A DNA stretch of 57,365 bases, the filler included, from Stramenopiles sp. TOSAG23-6 (lineage: Eukaryota): the NCBI GenBank assembly GCA_900128565.1. It is 3 parts of 3 records of this genome, joined end to end, with 100 filler letters (N's around TTAATTAATTAA, not from the genome) between each part and the next. Parts side by side here need not be neighbours in the genome. Positions count along the whole stretch, not along the records: positions 38,396 to 57,365 come from LT636057.1; 2 more parts are not named here. One strand, written 5' to 3'. Shown in pieces: positions 43,223 to 52,400 of the stretch. Under the pieces are notes generated by a model. It saw nothing but the letters and a program-made list of their open reading frames with translations, was not told where the DNA came from and ran no database searches. Numbering within the stretch: the stretch's first letter is position 1; each line of letters opens with the position of its first letter. A program made the translations under genes and the position numbers.

Positions 43223-45703
43223 CTATATCACATTTAAAATACTTCTACTAAGCTGGAAGTCATCTTCTATTGTTGCATTTGACCACATCGTAATATTTGC
43301 TTTACGCTGAATTTCATTTTCCATTAGGTTTTTTTCTCGTCTATAAATATCCTGTTTCATTTCCTTCAATATTTTATCACTGAGTGGCACAATTGATTTT
43401 TGTTTTTCTTGTGATGCACGCATAGAGTATATAGATTGTGTAAATGCAGTATCTAAACCACTACCAAGGTAAGCATAGGTATGATCCACATCATCATTTG
43501 AGATCGCAATACTTGATAATTTATCACAAAATGTCTCCGCCGATTTAAGTATTTTTGTTGTATTTAATGATTTCTTTAATAATGCCAAATTATTTTTTGA
43601 TATGCTCTGACAACGCTTTGTTAAAGAACTTTCGCTTAATCCTCCATCCCAAACGACTTCATCGCGTAGAAGTTCAATGCAAAATTTGGAAAGTCCCTCT
43701 TGACTTAATGTGTGATTATGTTTTAAATCAATCCAAGAAATGAAGTTCAATGAGCAATTTCCAATTGACACTTGCTGTTTGCGTTTGGAAGATTCCTGTT
43801 TGGTGTACTTTTTTATAAACTTTGCAATCTTATCTGAGATGCGTTTTCTTACCTCAAAACACTGTTTGTGAATCATTACAATATTATCTACTGCTAAAGA
43901 TATTGTTTGTAAATCTAGTAATTCTTCTGTTGTAGATTTTTTGGCATAGTCTTTCATCCTCAATTTAGTTTCGAAGTCTATTATGTATTTTTTCATCTGA
44001 TCTTCTAACTTTATATCGCACTTACTTTGCTCTTTTTTTACCTCTTTTTCAACAATGCTTTCTAAACGTTTCGGATAATCTGATGTAAAATTTCCAACAT
44101 TATTTCCTACTAAAGTGAAACCAACATCTGTTTCGGTTTTTCGAATTTGATTCTTCCTTTCACGAAACCTGCTTGCTTCCTTAGTAATATTTCCCGTCGA
44201 TATAGTGATATTTCCCGAGAGCAACTTTTCTGAAGATATTTTTGTACACTCCTCAAAATATTGACACATTTGGAGAGACCCTGCAAATAATTTTTCTGGC
44301 ATTACGTCAGCATTGGATAAATATTTCATCTCAAGAATACCAAAATTATCTTTTGCGATAGCATGAACCTGGGAATAACACTGACGAGATACCTTGTTGA
44401 TACTTTCAAATTTATCTTTGGATGATACTTTTGAAATCATGAATGCTTTACATTTGTCTAATAAGACTTTAAGTGTAGTAGAAGCCAGAGGAATAGTTTT
44501 TATTGCACTTTTAGGCAATATTCTAAATGAATTTTGGTATGCCATATCTGGGGGCGTGAACTTCTCCATAATACCTGCTGCACATTGAATACAAGTATTC
44601 AAGTTAGCGTCATCATTTTTTTTATTGCATGCATTTGCTGCTTTGCAAAATTTAGTCGCGGTGGATAAAGCTTCAGTTGAGCTGTCGGTACTTCCATTTT
44701 TGTGAGTCAAAGACAGAAACTCCTGACAAATTTCATACTTCCCATCATCATCTTTTGTAACTTTTCCTCCTATGTTCAACTCCACCTCACAGTATTTTTG
44801 CATGTAATTACCCAGCTTTTCATTGGGTAAGCCGTGTTCTAACACAGCGTTCATCGCTCCAAATACTTGAGCGGTACAACACAAACAAGGACTTTCCAAG
44901 TCAACATTTGACATTTTTATCTGTGCAAATGTAATTTGGAGAGTTGCTCGAATCCCGTCTTGTATCCGCTGAACTTTACGTTTCAACTTAAAATTATCTG
45001 GGTCTTCTTTCAATTCTCTCTCGGCATCCATCAAGAGCTTATTATTATTTTCAGAAGAATGGATTTTGCCCTCTATTGTTCTTAAAATATTCGACAAATT
45101 TTTATTTTTTATATATAAGCTTCTTGAAGTCTTTTTATCGTTCTCGAAATGTTGTTGGATCATATTTATTTGAGACTTAATCCAAGAGGCACTAGCTTTT
45201 AATATTATAATGCTATTTTTTTCAATAATGTCGTCAGTACTCTCAATAAGATGCTTGAAAGCGTTTTCTCCGTCTTTGCCGTCCTTTAATAAATATGACT
45301 TGCTTGTTTTATCTAAGTCCATGCAATCTCTATCATTTAAATCCTGTAGTTTCAGATCTGGAAAAATGTCCAATCCTAATGTTTGCTGCGATTGACGCAA
45401 ACTTTCACCAAGAGTTGTGCGGTTGAAGTTTTCTTTTATCGCAAGATTCAATTTTCCTGCCTTTAATTGTTCCTTTAACCATCTTATTTCATATGAAATC
45501 GCTTTCTGTGCCCACGTTACATTTAAAGGACTGTTGAAATCTTCTAATATCGAAAGCTTCTTCTGCATGGTTTGAATAGCCTTTTCTTGAAGTTTGATTT
45601 CTTTAGTGAAATCCATCTGAAGTCGTCCTAAATTTTTCGCTGAAGTAATAAATACAACAAATGCAGCGATGAAGTAAAACAAGCGCTGGGTCCCCCGAAA
45701 CAT
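43223..45703 (-). CDS. Secreted coiled-coil protein with Cys-patterned (saposin-like?) modules, 826 aa
   Basis: N-terminal hydrophobic signal; two to three CxxC...C...C...CxxxxxC blocks. Confidence 0.65.
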   Translation of the reverse strand: MFRGTQRLFYFIAAFVVFITSAKNLGRLQMDFTKEIKLQEKAIQTMQKKLSILEDFNSPLNVTWAQKAISYEIRWLKEQLKAGKLNLAIKENFNRTTLGESLRQSQQTLGLDIFPDLKLQDLNDRDCMDLDKTSKSYLLKDGKDGENAFKHLIESTDDIIEKNSIIILKASASWIKSQINMIQQHFENDKKTSRSLYIKNKNLSNILRTIEGKIHSSENNNKLLMDAERELKEDPDNFKLKRKVQRIQDGIRATLQITFAQIKMSNVDLESPCLCCTAQVFGAMNAVLEHGLPNEKLGNYMQKYCEVELNIGGKVTKDDDGKYEICQEFLSLTHKNGSTDSSTEALSTATKFCKAANACNKKNDDANLNTCIQCAAGIMEKFTPPDMAYQNSFRILPKSAIKTIPLASTTLKVLLDKCKAFMISKVSSKDKFESINKVSRQCYSQVHAIAKDNFGILEMKYLSNADVMPEKLFAGSLQMCQYFEECTKISSEKLLSGNITISTGNITKEASRFRERKNQIRKTETDVGFTLVGNNVGNFTSDYPKRLESIVEKEVKKEQSKCDIKLEDQMKKYIIDFETKLRMKDYAKKSTTEELLDLQTISLAVDNIVMIHKQCFEVRKRISDKIAKFIKKYTKQESSKRKQQVSIGNCSLNFISWIDLKHNHTLSQEGLSKFCIELLRDEVVWDGGLSESSLTKRCQSISKNNLALLKKSLNTTKILKSAETFCDKLSSIAISNDDVDHTYAYLGSGLDTAFTQSIYSMRASQEKQKSIVPLSDKILKEMKQDIYRREKNLMENEIQRKANITMWSNATIEDDFQLSRSILNVI

Positions 45704-46088
45704 CAGAGTATGTCATGCACCGGCATTTATCGCAAGGATTAAAGTTTAAATATCAATTTACAAATCAATATATGTAATAGTTCGGTAGGTATCGGTATCA
45801 ACGAAATTTCAAATTCAAAAATAAAAAATATGGTCTTTTCGAAATTGAATTTGAATAATTGAATTTGAATTGAATTCCGAATTCGAATTCGACTTCTTCG
45901 AAGCAGTTTTGTGTTTGTTTTTAACAGCGTTTTTAAACCACTGGTCAAAAAGAACGAATGGTATAGAAGCGCTTTTTACAATATGACATTTGCTTTTGCT
46001 ACTCTAACTCTGTTGTTGCCATTAAATAAGTTTTATCAAAATAAAATAAGATATTTTGGATAATAAGCTATCTTACTCAAGACGATTC

Positions 46089-47354
46089 ATGATGCTAAAC
46101 CCACTATTTCTTTTAAGCGTTATCCTTTTTTCATTGTTTGTGCAAAATTTTGCGGCAACTTCTACACGGGTACCTTTACTTGAAGGTACAAACGTTGTGA
46201 GCATTCTCAGTGGTTTGGGAAAAGGTTTACAACTCTTCGACTCGGACGAATTATTGAAATGTGCCGAGAGTATTGCGCCTAAAATGGTTACAGAAGTAAG
46301 CTCTACTATTAAAACATTTAAAAAATTGTACGAATCAAAAACTGAAAAAAGTTTACTTGATGCTTTGACTGCTGCAACAACACTCCTGAAAGAATTGGCA
46401 ACTCTGATAGAGAAGTGCGATCACGGCGAACACTTGCGTGAAATTATAAAAGATATCAACTCCTTTAAAGAACGTTGTGAAAAAGAACTCGGACTTGCAC
46501 GGAAGGGTAATAAAGGTTGTTGTGCAACGTGCTTTAGTTGCAACTTTGCTGAAAAAGAAGCGGCAAAAGCTGCGTTTAATCGAATTGTTCTTGTGGAAGA
46601 TGATAAAGCAGCAAGTCTTGCTGGGGAAGTTGTTGCTGCAATAACATTGAAGCATTACGCTCTTGCTGGTGAAAAGGTTGCTTTACTACTAAATTCTTTA
46701 TTTGAAGATCAAACAGTTTTTAAGGCTGATTTAAATAATATGCGTCACGTTAAAATTGCTGATCCTAAAGTTGCTGCCGTTGTTAAAGTTTTTGAAGGAA
46801 TTCTTGATTCGCTCGACGTGGAAGCTAAGGTAGGCCTTGAGGAATGTATCGAAGATGCTGAAGAAATTCTTGAGGATTTTAAAAGTGCTGCATCGGGTTT
46901 CAAAAATGGATTCAAACATGCCGAATTTCAGCTCGTCAAAAGTGGGTTTATTTCGCTTGGCGTAGTTGTAAGAGATTTGAAAGCTGCGTTAACCGACTGT
47001 ACAGCTATTGGAGACGTTCCTGAGGAAGTTGGTCACAAACTTGAATTACTCATCCATGAATTTGAACACGAGCATGCATGGCTTGAATTTGTAAAATCTG
47101 AAGGACTCGCCCTAATGGCTTTTCACAAAGAGATTACTGAAGACTGTAAAAACTTTGTTGTTAAATTACATTCTAAGGACTATGAAGGAGTCGGTGAAGC
47201 AATTGGTGATATCGTCAAAATTTTATTGCAAGGCACTGGTGTGCTTGCTTCACCTGAACCTGAATTGTTGGAACTTGAACCTGAACCTGAACTTTTGCAA
47301 GCTTCTACTGACAACAATGGAGAACAAAATGTTCGAAAATTACGTCGTTCGTAA
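46089..47354 (+). CDS. Secreted alpha-helical protein of unknown function with two related halves
   Basis: Signal peptide MMLNPLFLLSVILFSLFVQNFAA; both halves end in Y..xGExxxxxx helices; short EPE(P)ELL repeat. Confidence 0.75.
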   Translation: MMLNPLFLLSVILFSLFVQNFAATSTRVPLLEGTNVVSILSGLGKGLQLFDSDELLKCAESIAPKMVTEVSSTIKTFKKLYESKTEKSLLDALTAATTLLKELATLIEKCDHGEHLREIIKDINSFKERCEKELGLARKGNKGCCATCFSCNFAEKEAAKAAFNRIVLVEDDKAASLAGEVVAAITLKHYALAGEKVALLLNSLFEDQTVFKADLNNMRHVKIADPKVAAVVKVFEGILDSLDVEAKVGLEECIEDAEEILEDFKSAASGFKNGFKHAEFQLVKSGFISLGVVVRDLKAALTDCTAIGDVPEEVGHKLELLIHEFEHEHAWLEFVKSEGLALMAFHKEITEDCKNFVVKLHSKDYEGVGEAIGDIVKILLQGTGVLASPEPELLELEPEPELLQASTDNNGEQNVRKLRRS

Positions 47355-47774
47355 GGTACCATCGTATTTCATTGGAATTGTATTTAAAATGCTATGTAAT
47401 TTTTATTGTTGAAAATTTATTTCATATTTATGCGTATTGAGGAAGAATAAACGTTTTCCTCCATCATTATCATTATGTATTTTATTATCTTTAGATCTAA
47501 GATCGTCTTCTGTACTACGAGACAAGCTTCGTAAAATTGTCAAGTCACGCGCGTAAAGCCCTAACCCTAAGCGAAAGTAACCGAATTTTCCACCTCGTGG
47601 CCCCAAAATATAACTCTTTTTGTTTTTTGTGGCTCTTTATATATAGTAAATTTCCTTTTTGTGCTAGTCTTGCCGAGGACTAACAATTCAATCAATCAGT
47701 ATATATCATACAATATTGCCTAAATAGTATTGTTTGATCTTTTAGTTCTTGTGTTGACTAATTCCGAATAGAAT

Positions 47775-49106
47775 ATGTCTAGTAGTATGTTCCCGGATAG
47801 TCACACCATTTTGCTTGCCCTAGCTGTTGGTGGTAGTAGTCTTGCTTTATTCGAACTCTATTATGCTCGATTTTATCCTAAGAATAACAAGGCCCAACCA
47901 TATTATGCTGAAACAGAACCGCGTAGGGTCGCTCTTTTGAAAAGACAGGTTCAATCTCTTCGGGGACAACTAGACGCTGTGATTGACGAAGTAGAAGAAG
48001 AAGATAGGCGATTAGGTTTAGACAGAAGAGGGCGTCTCAGTTCCGGTTATCATGTGGTCACTCAATCGGGAGAAAAACTGGATGTAGATGTTTCATCAGA
48101 TGAGCTTGAAGCAATGCGGGCAATATTTGATGAAATGGATGAAGATGGGGATGGGTTTATATCTGCAATTCATTTAAAGAAGCTTCATACACGACTTGGT
48201 GAACCAATTACTGACAGCGAAGCTTCAGAAGCTCTCGCTATAATGAGCGGAATATCATCTGAAGATATAGGTAGTGCAGAATTACCTGATTATGTAGATT
48301 TTATGCAGTTCATGGCTTGGTGGCAAATTGAACATACCGGAGATACAGCAGTAAGGTACCGTTCTAAATTCAAATTTTTGAAATCGAAACATTCAACTCA
48401 GACGTCCGATATTGAGTGTTTTAGATCTGGAGAAAGTGGTAGTCTGGAGTATCGTATACATTTCCGCTCAATTAGTCGCGGGGAGCTCATTTCTCCATGG
48501 CATGATATTCCACTCCGCAATGAAGATCATACTTATAATTGTATCATTGAAATTCCGAAATGGAGTCGTAAAAAATACGAAATTGCAACGGGTGAGTTAT
48601 ATAACCCTATCAAGCAGGATACTAAGAACGGCAAGTTACGTGAGTATAAATACGGTGATATGTTGTTCAATTACGGTGCACTTCCTCAAACATGGGAAGA
48701 CCCTAATCATATTTCACCAGATACGTCTGCCATTGGAGACAATGATCCGATTGATGTAGTCGAAATTGGAAGTAAGCGGTGGCAAGTAGGATCTATTGTT
48801 AGAGTGAAAGTGCTTGGTGTATTAGCGTTGGTAGATTCAGGTGAAACAGATTGGAAACTAGTTTGTATTGCTACAGAAGATATTTATGCTTCCAAGTTAA
48901 ATGATATTGACGATGTTNATATTCACCTTCCCGGTCTTTTGGATGCTCTTAGAAAATGGCTTCGTTGGTACAAACGACCAGCTGAAAACTTATTTGGCTT
49001 GGGTGGAAATTACCAAAATAGAAAATACGCAGAAAATATTGTGCAAGAAACACACGAATTTTGGAAAAAGTTGGTTGCAGAGTATGGAAAGAAGGCGACG
49101 GTATAA
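47775..49106 (+). CDS. Family I soluble inorganic pyrophosphatase with N-terminal membrane anchor and EF-hands
   Basis: ISPWHDIPL, EIPKW, NPIKQD, NYGALPQTWEDP, GDNDPIDVVEIG, DSGETDWK; EF-hand FDEMDEDGDGFIS. Confidence 0.93.
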   Translation: MSSSMFPDSHTILLALAVGGSSLALFELYYARFYPKNNKAQPYYAETEPRRVALLKRQVQSLRGQLDAVIDEVEEEDRRLGLDRRGRLSSGYHVVTQSGEKLDVDVSSDELEAMRAIFDEMDEDGDGFISAIHLKKLHTRLGEPITDSEASEALAIMSGISSEDIGSAELPDYVDFMQFMAWWQIEHTGDTAVRYRSKFKFLKSKHSTQTSDIECFRSGESGSLEYRIHFRSISRGELISPWHDIPLRNEDHTYNCIIEIPKWSRKKYEIATGELYNPIKQDTKNGKLREYKYGDMLFNYGALPQTWEDPNHISPDTSAIGDNDPIDVVEIGSKRWQVGSIVRVKVLGVLALVDSGETDWKLVCIATEDIYASKLNDIDDVXIHLPGLLDALRKWLRWYKRPAENLFGLGGNYQNRKYAENIVQETHEFWKKLVAEYGKKATV

Positions 49107-49285
49107 ATACTTTTCAGTCGCTTTTTTCATACTTTCCCAAAACAGTTCGTTAGTGAACATATTAAGGTGACTTGAAGATTGTTTTTTAACTTTATCTTAC
49201 CGAGGCTCTACTATATTAAAAGAATATAATTTGAAAAAATAAATGAAATCATAAGCATACTTTTATTCTAGCTAATGACATTTTC

Positions 49286-49442
49286 ATTGTCCATCTTCAA
49301 AATGATGAGTCTAAACAATACGAGAATTATTAGATTATTGTCCATCTTCAAAATAATGAGTCTAAACAATCAATACGAGAATTATTAAATTATTGTCCGT
49401 CTTCAAAATAATGAGTCTAAACAATACGATAATTATTAGATT
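49286..49442. repeat. Tandem repeat, ~51-55 bp x 3, abutting the ATPase stop codon
   Basis: attgtccRtcttcaaaatRatgagtctaaacaat...aattattaRatt three times. Confidence 0.92.
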
Positions 49443-52400
49443 AGTAGTAGGTATTACGTTCCATCCAACATGGGTCCCGTGTAACTTGACCTGAAATAGG
49501 GTCAGTTTTCACCTTGGTCCCTTTTCGCATAATATATTTTCTAGTCTCGTCGTAGCAAAAAATAAACACGGAATATGGACATCCAGGGAACCAGTGGACC
49601 AACTTAATAGGACGAGTTCCAAGAGCTAAGCTTAATCCAGGTGTGTAACAAAGGAGCGCTCCAAGGATAGTCTCAAAAATAAGACCAAAGTTCATAGCTG
49701 GATTGTTCATACCTTGATGATACATAGAATTCATTCGTGTCTTGCAAATCACCAAATCAGCCCATTGTACGACAATAATGGAAATAAAATAGGCACACTG
49801 TGCATGATGAAGAGCTTCCTTTTGAACCATGCGACTGACTACATTCACACAAACACCATCACACACTTTTCCATCAATATCGTAACGAGATGCGGTCTTG
49901 TAATTGGTGTAATTGTGTTGAAATTTACCGGCGTCTATGATATCTTTCAACTTAGTAGGAACAGTCACATTCTTGATTATTATCTCGTTATTACTAACTT
50001 CGTATCCATCGAAATTGATATTCCAAAATTCAGGTTGATCATCCACACTAGCATCAATTTTATAGTCAGCTGCGTCAGTTCCTTTCCCAGGATAGTACTT
50101 TGCCTGGACATCAATCAAATTATACCACGCTTCGACCTGCATTTCTTTCGCTGTACCTGTTGTAGCTTCAGCTTCATTAACAACCTGGCAACGAGCGCGT
50201 CTACATGAACGCCATTCAGTAGTTTTTTGTCTGATATTAATAGCACAATCATCAGTGTCCATAACATTTTTCGTTTTCTTCATCTCCGCATCTCCGGTGT
50301 CACAGGAAGCAGAATTCAATTTAGTATATGGGGTGGTGCCGTCCATTTTCATTGTATTGACATGAAAATATGCTGGTGGTTCCACACTGAATGCAATTAG
50401 GGTTGCGACATCTTTGCTTAATCCAGGAACTTCCTGATCACTGGAGCCGACATCATAAGCAAACCATTCTTTCTTGAAAAAGGGGCTATTTCTACCATCG
50501 ACGTGAACGTAAGGTCGATATCCATTGTATTCCAAAGCTTCAAAAGAACGATTTGTTGCTACATCCTCACCATCGGTGAAAGAATCTCCACGGAGCGGCA
50601 AACAATCAGTAGGTTTGCCGTCTTCGTCTGTTGGGCATAATTTTTTTTTCAACCTATGAAGAGCACAATTACAAGTAGATGAGTATTCCGTACAATTATC
50701 ACAGTTTGTTGTTGCCAGTTTACTTGCTTCTTCAATGTCCTTGTTTGTTGGAATTTCTTTAAAGTCAGNTTCACTTTGAATTTTTTTCCAAGTACCGTGA
50801 CACCCTCCATCAGTTGTAGCTATACAGGTAGCTTCAGTCAACGAGCACTCAAGCAAGGCGGTTTTTGCAGTAGGTGTGTATTTGCAGAATTCTACATCAT
50901 ACAATTCGTGTCCAGGTTGTGTTTTGAAGTCCTTATCTTTCCAACCATTGAGAGTCGTATCCCAAGTAGCAGGTTTTGTAAACTGATTCCTAACTGACGA
51001 CAACTGACCAGGATATTCCAAACTTCCTACATTGGACGAAAAATTACGTATTGGAAAAGTGCACTGATCTACTGGACCATCCCAAAAAGGATAATTTCGG
51101 ATCAATTCTGTACTTGGCATAGTGTAAGTTACATTGGTTTTCGCTTCAGTCTCGCATTCAGCTTTGGTCACTGTAGATTCTTTCGGTCCAGCTGTTTCAT
51201 CATCCAATATAGCAGTTCCATCAACTCCAACTTTTTTATACAAGTGGCGATTTCCTTTGTACACGCATCCCCCAACGGTCACGCCCGCCCCCCCCGCAAC
51301 GGTCGCATCCCATTCAACACCTTGGTATTTCTCTTTTGGAAGCGCATTGCCAACAAGATTTCGAAATTGCACTTTACCTTTCGATAAATATTCCGATTCA
51401 TTTGCATATGGTTTACCTGCTACTTCAGATTTTACATCCATATTACAAAACATAGTACGTTTACCCCAATTATCAAATGCACCAAGTTCAGGAACGATAT
51501 GAGGTGGATAACCATAATCTTGCATAACAACAAACCATGTATAAAACCCAGCGATAGCTTGAATAACACCAATTTGAAGGTACGAAAAAACAACAAGTTT
51601 TTTTGTAACCAATGCATCTATCTCCGCATTACGAGGAGGACGTTTCATAATATCAGATTCAGGATCTTCCCACGCCATAGATATTGCTGGAACCATATCC
51701 GTTCCCAAATCTACACACAAGATTAAAACCGTGGATAAAGCAAGAGGCATTTGAACAGTCATAAACAAAAGAAAAGGTGCAATTTCAGGAATATTTGAGG
51801 ATAAAGTATATGCGATAGATTTCTTCAAATTATCAAAAATTAGTCTTCCTTCTTGAACACCAGCGACAATAGACGCGAAATTATCATCCAGTAAAATCAT
51901 ATCAGCTGCTTCCTTTGATACATCAGAACCCATGATTCCCATTGCAACACCGATATCAGCCTTTTTGAGTGCAGGAGCATCATTCACACCATCACCAGTG
52001 ACAGCTACAATTTCATCACGACGTTGGCAATTTTCTACAATAATCAACTTTTGTTGTGGAGATGTTCGCGCAAAAACAATTTGTGTGTGACCCAAAATAT
52101 CATCCCATACATCTTTGAACTTATCACAATCTTCTTTTCCAATTAATTCCCATCCTGGTACAACCATGGCTGGTGCAAGTACAGGATTAAACCATGGAAT
52201 AGGTTCTCCATTATTCATTCCAGGAATTACTTTCGGCTCGCAACCCTTTGTAAGTCCATGACGTTTATTAAATTTTTCGTAGTCTGAAGTTGTCGCAGGT
52301 CCTTTTTTCTTACCGCCGCGAATCATATCACCATCAATGATACCGACGTCTTGAGCAATAGCTTGCGCAGTCGTAGGATGATCTCCAGTAACCATAATAA

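Noticed and set aside
45800-45895. Intergenic GAATTT/TTCGAA-rich tract resembling the element interior
   Set aside because: Lacks both termini and TACCTAAC; low-complexity promoter DNA.
49286-49442. CRISPR-like array
   Set aside because: Head-to-tail repeats without unique spacers, in a eukaryotic context.
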